64,000 nt of DNA from Laetmonice hystrix (taxonomy: Eukaryota). A model generated the notes under the pieces. It had not been told where the DNA came from. It was given only the letters and a program-made list of their open reading frames with translations, and ran no database searches. The translations under genes were made by a program, and so were the position numbers. The stretch's first letter is position 1. Every line of letters begins with the position of its first letter. The stretch lies in NCBI GenBank assembly GCA_965235115.1, contig OZ249443.1:20150001-20214000 (forward strand), given 5' to 3'. Positions 35,775-48,353 of this stretch are shown here, piece by piece.

Positions 35775-38700
35775 GTAGGCCTACCGTTTGCTTGTATAGG
35801 CTACACTACAACAATATACAGCTTGTAGGCCCTATACAACAGTAGTATAGGGACGCCTCAGGTTTCATGTTTCCAAGCCTTTATTGTCCAGGAGACAGGC
35901 CTTACGTTTCGTCTATCATCTACTCCCATCAAGCTGTGTCCCCTAGATCTACAGACCATCTGTAAGCATCCGACAACGTTGTCAGGTCGTCCCAATGGCT
36001 GTTTGCCTTAAAGGTCTAATTAACAATGGCAAATGCCGTTGTACACCTTTCCTATATCAAATATCCCATCCCCAAGTAAAACAAAAATTACAGAGATGTT
36101 GCAGGCAACCGCCAGGGTACTGTGGCTCCGACTGCACTGCTATACCTTCCGGCTACCGATGGAATCACCACGTATACCTGGCCGGGATGGCAGGCACCTG
36201 TGGCTCTTAGGCGGGAGAGGGGTTAATGCAATGATAATTGCGAAAAATGGCTACATTTTTGATACGTCAAATTGAAACTACGCCCCCCAAAATTATGATT
36301 CTTAGGCCAGATGTATAACTGTCAAACGTATCGGTCCGGGCCCTTACGTTCGCTACATAGACTCTATATATGGTTGTGATGTGTACACTTCCCATTTGAG
36401 TATCTTCTCCAGATTTTAACATTAGATGCTTCTCGCCTGTAACTTTCATTGCCAGTAGCTCACTGTCGTGTTTGCATGGCTAATAGGCCAGCCGGTAAGA
36501 TGTAGGGACTTCTCACTCTACTGATTGGCCTCCCACAGTGCTTGGCCCCACAGTGTACTGTTTGGCCTCACTGTACTGTTTGGCCTCACTGTAGTGTTCG
36601 CTTGGGTGCTAAGCCAGCCAGTATACCTTGTAGAGATTCTCCCTGTACTGTTTGGCCTCCCTGTACCGTTTGCTTGTATACAAGAGTAGCCAGTACTATA
36701 GGGACGCCTCATGTTTCATGTTTCCATGCCTTTATTGTCCAGGAGGTAGAGTCTATAGGCCATACGTTTCGTCTATCATTTACTCCCATCTAATTTGTGT
36801 CCCCTACAGACCATATCTAAGCGTCTGACAACGTTGTCAGGTAGTCCCAATGGCTGTTTGCCTTAAAGGTCTAATTAACAATGGCAAATGCCGTTGTACG
36901 CCTTTCCTATATCAGATATCCCATCCCTAAGTAAAAAGAAAAGGCTACAGAGATGTTGAAGGCAACCGCCAGGGTACAGTGGCTCCGACTGCACTGCTAC
37001 CTTCCGGCTACCGGTTGAATCACAACGTATACCTGGCCGGGCTGGCAGGCACCTGTGGCTCTTAGGCGGGAGAGAGGTTAATGCAATGATAATTGCGAAA
37101 AATGGCTACATTTTTGATACGTCAAATTGAAACTACGCCCCCAAAATTATGATTCATAGGCCAGATGTATAACTCTCAAACGTATACATCTCGTACGTTC
37201 GCTACAGATAAATGCTTTGTGATATGTATAATTCCTATTTGAGTATCTTCTCTAAAATTTAACATTAGATGCTCCTCGCCTGTACCTTTCATTTCCACTA
37301 CCTCGCTGTACTGTTTGCATGGATACTATAATGGGCCATCGGGTAAGATGTAGGGACTTCTCACTCTACTGGTTGGCCTCCCACAGTGCTTGGCCCCACA
37401 GTGTACTGTTTGGCCCCACTGTACTGTTTGGCCTCACTGTAGTGTTCACTTGGGTGCTAAGCCAGCCAGTATACCTTGTAGAGATTCCTCCCTGTACTGT
37501 TTGGCCTCCCTGTACCGTTTGCTTGTATACAAGAGTAGCCAGTACTATAGGGACGCCTCATGTTTCATGTTTCCATGCCTTTATTGTCCAGGAGGTAGAG
37601 TCTATAGGCCATACGTTTCGTCTATCATTTACTCCCATCTAATTTGTGTCCCCTACAGACCATATCTAAGCGTCTGACAACGTTGTCAGGTAGTCCCAAT
37701 GGCTGTTTGCCTTAAAGGTCTAATTAACAATGGCAAATGCCGTTGTACGCCTTTCCTATATCAGATATCCCATCCCTAAGTAAAAAGAAAAGGCTACAGA
37801 GATGTTGAAGGCAACCGCCAGGGTACAGTGGCTCCGACTGCACTGCTACCTTCCGGCTACCGGTTGAATCACAACGTATACCTGGCCGGGCTGGCAGGCA
37901 CCTGTGGCTCTTAGGCGGGAGAGAGGTTAATGCAATGATAATTGCGAAAAATGGCTACATTTTTGATACGTCAAATTGAAACTACGCTCCCAAAATTATG
38001 ACTCTTAGGCCAGATGTATAACTCTCAAACGTATACATCTCGTACGTTCGCTACAGATAAATGGTTTGTGATATGTATAATTCCTATTTCAGTATCTTCT
38101 CTAAAATTTAACATTAGATGCTCCTCGCCTGTACCTTTCATTTCCACTACCTCGCTGTACTGTTTGCATGGATACTATAATGGGCCATCGGGTAAGATGT
38201 AGGGACTTCTCACTCTACTGGTTGGCCTCCCACACTGCTTAGCCTCACAGTACACTGTTTGGCCTCACTGTACTGTTTGGCCTCACTGTAGTGTTTGCTT
38301 GGGTACTAGGCCAGCCAGTATGGATTCCTCACTGTACTGTTTGGCCTCCCTGTACTCTTTGGCCTCACTATACAACATTAGCCAGTAGTATAGGGACGCC
38401 TCCTGTTTCATGTTTCCATGCCTTTATTATCTAGGAGGTAGGCCATACGTTTCGTCTATCATTTACTCCCATCTAATTTGTGTCCCCTACAGACCATCTG
38501 TAAGCGTCCGACAACGTTGTCAGGTAGTCCCAATGGCTGTTTGCCTTAAAGGTCTAATTAACAATGGCAAATGCCGTTGTACGCCTTTCCTATATCAGCT
38601 ATCCCATCCCCAAGTAAAAAAAAGATTACAGAGACGTTGCAGGCAACCGCCAGGGTACTGTGGCTCCGACTGCACTGCTACCTTCCGGCTACCGGTGGAA

Positions 38701-39030
38701 TCACCACGTAAACATGGCCGGGCTGGTCTGGCTCTTAAGCGAGAGACAGGTTAATGTAATGATAAGCGCCTGTACCTTTTATTTCAACTACAGGGCCGTA
38801 GCCTGCTGGGGTGAGAGGGCAGGGGGCAGCTGCCCTCCCCCCTGGGATTTCCAGTTTTTGTGTGTTTTTTAACCCACACCCCGGGCCCGCTCGCCCGCGC
38901 AATGACGCGCTATCACATGGCAGGTCTACTGCCCCCTACGTATTTGGGCCAGGCTACAGCCCTGCACTACCTCACTGTACTGTTTGCATGGCAACTAGGC
39001 CAGCCGGTAAAATGTAGGGACTCCTCACTG
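35775..39030. repeat. Satellite-like tandem repeat, ~850-bp unit x ~3.5-4
   Basis: GGACGCC anchor at ~35851, 36702, 37551 and 38394; internal CTGTACTGTTTGGCCTC sub-repeats; last unit has an internal deletion and is interrupted by a MITE. Confidence 0.9.
38791..38964. mobile_element. CAGGG-ended MITE inserted in the last satellite unit
   Basis: CAGGGCCGTAGCCTG ... CAGGCTACAGCCCTG; flanks AACTA / CACTA match the parent repeat sequence CCACTACCTC. Confidence 0.6.
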
Positions 39031-40632
39031 GATCCGTTGATCGCAATTTTCCAACACTGCCCAATTTTTGCGATGAACGCGCCGGTAAACGGAAGGGGAA
39101 CTCTATATTATGACGTCAAATTGGGGAGACCCTCACACCAACCATGCCGCGGGAATATACAACCCTGACAAAGCAACAGCTGGGGGAGCTGATAGAGGGT
39201 GTCAGGAGACACCCCTATCTAAAATGACACAGAAAAGTGTCAAAATGCCTAGGAGGCAATCAAAAGTACACTACAAACGGAATTGAGCGGTGAGTATAGC
39301 TAGACTGTGTGATGGTAACATGTTCCTGACATATTGGCCCGTACAGGAATCATGCAGTAGGAACCCGGTCAACCCATGTACCAGGCATATTTACTTTCTT
39401 ATCATGTCATCATCGACATATATCCCAAAAAGGCGTAAATGCGGTATTTCAGGGGGTCACGACAGGGTGTCCTTTGCACTGCTCTCCCAATAGCCAGAGA
39501 ACTGATTTTTTGCAGACATTACACCCATTCCCTCTACAACCCACTGCAAATCATTTTACAGGGCTGAAAAACGAATTCATAGTCCAGCAAACAAACTATT
39601 TCGGGGGTTTGGTGGAGAAAATTTATTGCGACGAATGGACGTTTTGGTTTCGCCGCTTGTATGTGTCATGTGTTGCCGCATGTTTGCCGTCCGTTCATCG
39701 CATCAGGTAACCGGGTGCGTCAAACGCTACTGCGATTACCGCAGGTATGTGTCACCGGCTTGAGAAACAGCCAATCAGAAGCAGCGTCGGGGTTCCAAGT
39801 GCTGAAACAGTTGTTCTGCTCCATTAAAAGGTTGTGTAAGTCATTTCAATCTTCTGGCCCTTTCAGACACTTTTGTATCCCCTTTTTCTTCCAATATGTT
39901 GATGCTCATCATTGCCTCTTTCTAACGGAGGAGTTCCTATTACTTTTAAAAACTACATTGTATAGAATACTTTCATCTTTCATGAATGAAGGGGATTTCC
40001 GTATTTGGCGTGTGTAATATCTAGCCTAACGATTAACCATTGCATTAAATTATACAGTATAATTCATGAACTGTATCTTGATGACAAATAATCTTTGTGT
40101 GAAGTAAATGGTTTTGTTAAAGTATCTCGGCTTCGAGTATGTGTACTGGAACATTTACACCATTTTTAGAATTAAGACTATACACAATGCCTGGAATATT
40201 ACAACACTTTGTCAGATTGAAATAAAAACATGATAAAATTGTTTAAAAGGACACCCTAAGAATGGCACAAGTAAAGTTAAAATAACCCAAACAAAAACAC
40301 ACATACATGTACTTCATTTTCCCCAATTTTTATCCCGATTTTGAAGTCGGACCTCTTCAAACATGGTGAGTTGGCACGCTGGCTTATAACCCCACAATGG
40401 CATAATTTCTCTTTTATTTCATTAAGTGAAGGTAAACAAGCAAAAATATTTCAAATCGGCATTCATGACACTTGGAGGCGTTAACTATAGAAAGCTGTCA
40501 CTAACTACTTCATTTTGTAAAATTCCTTGTGAAATTTGCAGTCTTTTACCCATTTTCTTTTTTTTTGTCATGAGTCACATATATCTGTACGCGGTTCCAG
40601 GGATCCATGCTAAACCGTTGCCTCCCGCCACT

Positions 40633-43131
40633 CTATCTTGAATTAACAGGCGGAAGTGTTGGTGTCTCACTTCCGGTTCCGCTTTCTGTCTGTCCTGCGC
40701 TCGCCCTAATTACAGTCTCATCCTCCAGCTTGTATTTCCCTGCAACCTCCCTGATGGAGGCATCGCGACTAATCTCCACACTGGAGAGGCCATCGTCATC
40801 GGACGCACAACCCGGCAAGGCGATCTGCTTGAAAAGTCCGACACGTTGTTGCGCAGTCATGACGGTAGAGGGCGCGCGTGCTGACGCCCGACGTGGCAGC
40901 ACTGTCGGGGACGCGAGGAGGTTGTATTGGTGAACGGTTGGAGGACAGACACGTTTACTCCGGGCTGAGTGAATGCGTCTTCTCCTCCTGTGATACCGGA
41001 GGAAGTCGTAGGAAAGGAACGCCACCACGAATACATAGAACGCTGCCACGGCGACGCCAACAGTGATGTTTACCGAAACGTGCACTGGAGGAAAGGAGCG
41101 AGAAAGGTTTTGTGGGATGTGGCTCCTATTGGTATCCAGGAGACAAAGGGGGGGGGATTTAATTGCATTCTATTATTAATGTTAATCTGAAAAGGGGAGA
41201 AACAGCAGCAACAACAACAAGGTGTTCTGACAAAGAGAGAAATACTAGGCCTACTTATCATTAAATCTAGCTGAAAAGTTCAGTGTACAAAACACAATTT
41301 TTGAAAGATAGCACGTGTGGCCTATAGTCAAAATAGTGCATAGAAGACGAAAAAGAAGTTAAGAAGAAACGGAAGAAGATGAAAATGAAGAAGAAGAAGA
41401 AGAAGAAGAAGAAGAAGAAGAATGAGAAGATGAGAGAAGAAGATGAGAGAAGAAGAAGAAGAAGAAGAAGAAGAAGATGAGAGAAGAAGATGAGAGAAGA
41501 AGAAGGAGAAAATGAAGAAGAAGAAGAAGAAGAAGAAGAAGAATGAGAAGATGAGAGAAGAAGAAGATGAGAGAAGAAGAANNNNNNNNNNNNNNNNNNN
41601 NNNNNNNNNNNNNNNNNNNNNNNNNNNNNNNNNNNNNNNNNNNNNNNNNNNNNNNNNNNNNNNNNNNNNNNNNNNNNNNNNNNNNNNNNNNNNNNNNNNN
41701 NNNNNNNNNNNNNNNNNNNNNNNNNNNNNNNNNNNNNNNNNNNNNGAACAAGAAGAAGAGCAGGAATCAAAAAACAAACAAAAACGAAAATGAAGAAGAA
41801 GGCCTGCAGATACCGTGACATCGAGCGAGTTGGCCTGACCACGTTCCATCCTGTTGACAGGCACGGATTAAGTTACCCTCCCTGTGCCTGTAGAGATTCT
41901 TACACGTAAACTCGGCAGTGTCGTTATACTGGTAGACGGGTTTCAACATTCCATTCAGATAGACAGAGGAAGCATCGAATCGTGGCGGTGGGCACGTGGT
42001 TCCTGAAATACACACCCGTCAGACCTCTGAGGATTCATTATGTACTGGTCTCATTAAAGGGAATAGAAAAGTTCAAACTATCAATATATAAGGGTGTTCA
42101 GCATGAACAAGCTTGTTCTTACCTAGAATTCTGTGATTATCTGATCTTTAATAAAGGAATAATCAACCGAAATGTAGAGACATTCTCCCGCTGGCTTCGT
42201 CCGTTTGTTTACCCTATTTGGCCCTTATCTCAATCTATTAATAGATATAGCTCCCGCTGTCTCGCGTGGGTATTTTTAAAAAGTCGCCGTTGACAGTGTT
42301 CCACTTATCGGTGTGACCTTAGACGTTAGTGAGGAATTTTTCTATTCTCTTTAATAACTGAAAAAAGTATTCTTGCTATCTCTGGCATTCTAGATGCATG
42401 TAAGCTGCTTCATTGTTCAACCGACAGAGTGGTGATTGTAAAAGTACTTGTTTGATTTTGATTATATAGGATTTACGAAAAGAAAAACACCAGGGCATAT
42501 CAGTCAGTTTGAATTACAAAAGAAACGGGAATACTCGGGGGAAACTGCGAGTACCTCAGGCTCAAAATGCGATCACAGGCAATAGCTATTACAAATGAGA
42601 ATCAAACTGTTCCCAGGAATACTTACGGACACAAGCTGGCGGTGACGTAGACCAGCGGGTTGCGTCACACGTGACCGTCCAAATGACGTCATCAGTGGGA
42701 AATCTGTGTCCAACCTCACAAACATACGTCACCGACGTCACGCAGTTGGCAATGCTCACAGAAAACTCATGCGTGGAGTGTTTCACAGTCGGCACCGCCC
42801 CACAGGTTTTATCTGATGTCAAATGTTAAATTCAACATTGGATCACAGATCTACAACGGAACAGTTACCATTACATTCTTTTCTTCTTATACAAACTTTT
42901 TTTTCGATGGAGGCGGGGGAAGGGGGTCTAAAAATCATTTATTTTTCGGCATCATATTAAGTTGGAAGGTACTGTCTAAAGAGCCCAACATGCGTAGGTT
43001 GAGTATTGTCAACATACGGTATTCGCAGGTGGTGCCTGTGAAGCAGATAGCCGTGCAGTTACAAGTCGTACCGCCAGGGGTCGACGGTACAAACCTGTTG
43101 TAACACCGCTGTTCACTCACCGCCAATACTG
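40633..43131 (-). CDS. Type I membrane protein: EGF-like, 2 x sushi/CCP, TM, cytoplasmic tail (3' four exons)
   Basis: Phase-1 exons 43131-43018 (CYNRF...GTTCNCTAICFTGTTCEY), 42812-42627 (CCP: C..P...Y.C..G......C....W...P.C), 42002-41814 (CCP: CPPP...AEFTC...RACQQDGTWSG..ARC) and 41084-40633 (TM VGVAVAAFYVFVVAFLSY, RRRRR stop-transfer, stop). Start exon not identified. Confidence 0.8.
41340..41800. repeat. (GAA)n / GAAGATGAGA microsatellite containing an N gap (41582-41745)
   Basis: Directly visible. Confidence 0.95.
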
Positions 43132-43651
43132 CTAGAAAAAGGCAAACAAACAAGTAAACAACCTGCCAAAAAGAATCGCCTTTTGTATTTGGTAAATTTA
43201 GGGCAAGACACATTTTAATCATTTTATACTGATAACAATAATAAGAAACTCTTGTGTTACATTGTTATGTATTATAGATTTAATTGCACTGTAATCTCTG
43301 TCCACTTCAAATATTATATTGTAGGGCCTATATTATATTATTATATTATATTATATTATATCTTTATTATATTACTGCAACATACGTTGATGCTGGACTA
43401 CAGTGAAAACAGGGCAGGATTGCCCTACTTGTATAATCCATGATAATTGAAAGATTTAAAATATTGGCTAAATATTGATAAATATTTCCCAACGGCTGGT
43501 CAGACCTACCTGTAGCGAACAGTGCAGTCAGTAAATGCTTCATGTTACTGGGTGAAGATCACTCATCCAGAAACAGGGGCCGTCTAAAACTTGAGAATGG
43601 CGATCAGTCGGTGAAATTACTACTATATGGCACGCTTTGTTATACAATGCA

Positions 43652-44331
43652 NNNNNNNNNNNNNNNNNNNNNNNNNNNNNNNNNNNNNNNNNNNNNNNNN
43701 NNNNNNNNNNNNNNNNNNNNNNNNNNNNNNNNNNNNNNNNNNNNNNNNNNNNNNNNNNNNNNNNNNNNNNNNNNNNNNNNNNNNNNNNNNNNNNNNNNNN
43801 NNNNNNNNNNNNNNNNNNNNNNNNNNNNNNNNNNNNNNNNNNNNNNNNNNNNNNNNNNNNNNNNNNNNNNNNNNNNNNNNNNNNNNNNNNNNNNNNNNNN
43901 NNNNNNNNNNNNNNNNNNNNNNNNNNNNNNNNNNNNNNNNNNNNNNNNNNNNNNNNNNNNNNNNNNNNNNNNNNNNNNNNNNNNNNNNNNNNNNNNNNNN
44001 NNNNNNNNNNNNNNNNNNNNNNNNNNNNNNNNNNNNNNNNNNNNNNNNNNNNNNNNNNNNNNNNNNNNNNNNNNNNNNNNNNNNNNNNNNNNNNNNNNNN
44101 NNNNNNNNNNNNNNNNNNNNNNNNNNNNNNNNNNNNNNNNNNNNNAGAGAGGNNNNNNNNNNNNNNNNNNNNNNNNNNNNNNNNNNNNNNNNNNNNNNNN
44201 NNNNNNNNNNNNNNNNNNNNNNNNNNNNNNNNNNNNNNNNNNNNNNNNNNNNNNNNNNNNNNNNNNNNNNNNNNNNNNNNNNNNNNNNNNNNNNNNNNNN
44301 NNNNNNNNNNNNNNNNNNNNNNNNNNNNNNN
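43652..44331. other. Assembly gap (N) with a 7-bp island at 44146-44152
   Basis: Run of N. Confidence 1.
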
Positions 44332-45501
44332 ATCGAAATATGATAGAAGTAAAGAGATTTGAACATAAACTCAAGCCTACCTGTTACTGCCACATTACGG
44401 TACTTTTATAACGTACATGTAGCAGACATACATGTACATCCACGTACTAGTCTTTAACAACGATGATATAACACGCACAGCGGCGGCGACTTGTAATCCA
44501 TTAATGATCCTACCAGGATTAAGACAAATCCCTCGTTTACGTGAGGAAGTAAGATTACTTGAGCTTGGATTAATTGACTTTGAGCTTTCGACAGAGCTGT
44601 AAAAGTGCAGGGGGGGGGGGGGGGTTAGGCCTACGTTCAAGGTGAAACTATTTCGTTTTAATACAACGACAATTGTAGTAGAATGCACCGAATTATTATC
44701 TAGCGAAGGTCAAAGGTCAATATAGACCTCAAGTATCAAGAAGAAGAAAAGGAAGAAAATACCAGTTTGTCATCCTGGAGCTATGGGGCTCTACTCTATA
44801 GTTCGTTAGTGGGAGAATGTACGTACATACCTAACCGGAGGCTTACCTGGACCTTCCCATGATCACGGTCTCGCTGACAAGATGACCAATGGCATGAAGG
44901 TAACAATCATCTGGACAGTCTGGTTGGTCTGTGCGGAGCCCACACAAACCGCCAACTTTGGTGAGACGGCTACAGGTCCTGGGACCGGATGGTGGTAGAA
45001 CTCACCGACGGGAGTTCGATCGGCTGGTGCCGGGAAGGGCCTGGGGTGGGGTAGGGGGTAGGGGGTGGGGCGTGGGGGGGGGGGGGGAGGAGGGGTTGAG
45101 GTTGTGCATGTTGGCCCAATCACTCATGTCCAACCTCCCTTCCATACACCAGATGGGCATCATTGTTTCAGCGGCAGTAGGGAACAACGATACATGCAGG
45201 AATTTCGACAAGTATCACATGCAATTAGCTATGTTATTCCAAGTAAAGAGAGCCATATTATAATTTACAGTGATAAACAGTTAATTCCACAGATATAGCC
45301 GGCTAGGGCCGATATATTTTCAAGAGATAAGCCTATTCTTTAGCTCGGCAATTAAAAATATGTATAAATATGAATATATATTGATCTTTAGTAGACCGAG
45401 ATAATCATTAATATGTCATCGTATTTCTTCTTTTCCTTTCTTTTTTCTTCTTAATCACAAAACGCTGATTTTAGGAAACGGAGCATAACCATAGTCCTAT
45501 A

Positions 45502-46206
45502 GGGGAAAGCGGGGCATGGCGGGACTCGGGGCATGAAGGGACATGGCTCTAGTTCCTACACTTTCCATCAGATGGGGCTGGGATTCCCTATAGTTGTCAC
45601 AGCCTTGATGGAAGACATATTGGTGTTGACGGATCCGAACGTCAGACCCACATTTATCTGTAATCATCTACAGACTGAAATTCTTGGCACCCAAACTTCC
45701 GCCAGGTAAATACTTAACACCCCCTGAGTCTCTAGAACTAAGAATGACTGACTATTCTCACACCAACAGTTAGTGTCGGCATTATAGAGTAAACATTCAT
45801 TACGTAGCTCGTGATGCATCATCTACTCTGGCGGGAAGAGGACATCTTTGTGACGTTAAGGGTGGGGCATAATGGGACAGTGGCTTATGGGCCACAATGG
45901 GTAACTGTCCCATCATACCCCATGAGTAGTTAGCGCATGGGCATCCACGGAAGGCGGGGGGCAGCGCAATGGGGGCAGTCCCCCTGCATATTACGTCTGT
46001 GATTTGTAAGGGGCACGATGGGACAGTGTTTAATTTTTTAAAAGTTGTGTTTTTTATTTCCTAGAAGTTAAAACTGTTTCTAATCAAAACTGGTAATAAA
46101 GGTTGGTAGTAGGTATACTGCTGTACTATTTTCATGTTCCAGGTGGGTAACGATTTTTCAAAAAACACATTTGAAAAAGTGTGGCCCGTTATGCCCCGCT
46201 TTCCCC
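45502..46206. mobile_element. Non-autonomous Tc1/mariner-superfamily (pogo-like) element
   Basis: TIR GGGGAAAGCGGGGCAT / ATGCCCCGCTTTCCCC with TA on both sides; subterminal GGGGCA...GGGACA repeats. Confidence 0.6.
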
Positions 46207-48353
46207 TACATGGGGGACCGTTACGTAGGTCTACACACGTTACATACGTTACGCTCGAAACCTGTAGGGAGGTCCAGTATATAAGGCTACACGCCTGCTA
46301 CCTTCCTAACGCTACACTCTGTCCGCCAACAAGTACAAGACAGTCTCCCAGACTGCCTGACACTGACCAGACCAAAGTGTCTGGGAATGTATACAGGACC
46401 CCCCGGCCCCTACCCCGCCTTCCCGCCCTGGGGGGGAGGTGATGTAGGCGGTTAGTATAGAGTGATGACGACGAACAGACTTCCCAGGGCAGTCCATACT
46501 AACCCAGCCGAGTACAGGGTGTGCATACCCTGGGTACTGTCATCGGAATGGGGAGAGAAAAAAAATCCCGGCTCCAGGCCAGCCTTCCTTAAACCTCGAT
46601 AGGCTATATAGGGCTACGCAATCTTCAGTGTAGATATCTAAGTCTGTAGGCGAACTAGTCTACGTGAACTTAGACGTAAAACATGATGACCCCCACTCTT
46701 GTTTTTCAAAAAGGAACGGCTAGGCCTACACCAAGTGACTACACCGACAGCTGTAGCTAAAATACATTTTTGTAAATATTCCTCAACTGGCCTTAATATG
46801 TTTAAATCTGAGGTAGGCCCATTCAGCATCATGGCGTTAGAATATACATGATGGAAGAAATTGCAAAGAAAAACCTGGAGTAGGCCTAAACCTATAAACT
46901 AACCCCAAAATACAAAAAGCATTTCAACAGAAACCCTACTTTTTTGGGGTATGTTTGCATTGTCCAATTTTAGCCCAATAATTGAGACGTATACTTTTCA
47001 TAGGCTGCGCCAATTTTGTCCAAATTAAACGTTTACAAAACCACTCTATTGTGTTTGCTTCTAGGCCTAATGTAGACCTATTTATCTCTCTACGGACTAT
47101 GAATGCGGGCATGCAATTTGCTCAGATTTGCTGCCACTGCCATGCCAAAGATGTACATCTCTGCAATTCTCTCAAATATTTAAGACAATATCGGCAAAGT
47201 TTTGAATTTTGAGCGGTTTAATCTGCTAGACCGTTTGTATTTCTGCCGGTGCTCTGCTATATTGGATAGGGCAACATGATGACGTTCAACACTAATGTTA
47301 CTGACGGCCGATAGGGGGCGGGTTCAGGATATCATCTTCCACCAGAGGGCGTGACAGGAGCCAATGCCGTGGTCTGCCTCGGGTTGGCTGCCAGATTTAA
47401 AGCGACAGTCTCTTCCTTCAGCATTGTACTATTTATAGACGTTAGTTTCCACACTGAAAACATGGACTCGTCAAAAGGTTATCAGTAGTGATGACTTTTG
47501 GGTACTCAAACTGATGATTCCCGTAGCGAGTACTTATCGGTTATCAAATGATGATCACTATCATCACTCGGTAATCAAGAAGTCATCAAAGCTCAGAAGA
47601 TTAAATAGCTCCTAAAATACTCGTCAAATGATAAACGCTATAATCATTAGGTCCTCGCACAGTGATCAAAGCTCAAATACACTTATTAGCTCAGCCTGTT
47701 ATCAAGACTGAGGGGCTCTGGAAATGCAGCATGCATGGGAAGTGTGTCTGCCCATCAACAAGGCACGTTTGAAAACTGCCAACTCGACCGAATCAAAACA
47801 AGGAATCCAAAAAAAGTTGATAAGACCTTTATTGGCAGAGCCAGAAAAGATCTATGATATTTACATTTAAGTCACATAATGGAAACCACTGTGGGTAGAC
47901 GCTTGTATTTAACCTGAACCTTAAGACAAGGGAGAAAGCGACATGTCCCCTCTCCTTAATTAGACACACTATGGTTCAACAGACTGTAGATCAAACGGGA
48001 ACCAGCATGTTAAAGTGAGTGAGTGGGTAGTGACAAATTGTCACTGTCATGGCTCTCTCAGCCATATATAACAAAAATGTGTTCTTGTCCAGGTGAGCAA
48101 CAGGACCCTTGATCCAACATTAAAACTGAAATGACCACTATATGAAAAAGAACAATATTAAACAACATGACATACAATTGGGCCATATCTAATGTTAAAC
48201 CATAATCCTTTAACATTTGCTGTTGACATGTTGTATACATGTAGGTACATCATCCATCTATGAATGAAGTGCACGGCAGAGCGCCGCACCTGGCTAGAAC
48301 ACTGGAATGATAGGTAAAGTTAGTATAGTAACATGATACTACGTACTATCATG

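Noticed and set aside
35995-38754. Repeated Cys-rich ORFs (MAVCLKGLINNGKCRC..., MAPQCTVWPH...)
   Set aside because: Frames are not conserved between satellite units (stops and indels), so they are not coding.
35098-44411. Long ORFs spanning N runs and the GAA microsatellite
   Set aside because: Artefacts of gaps and low complexity.
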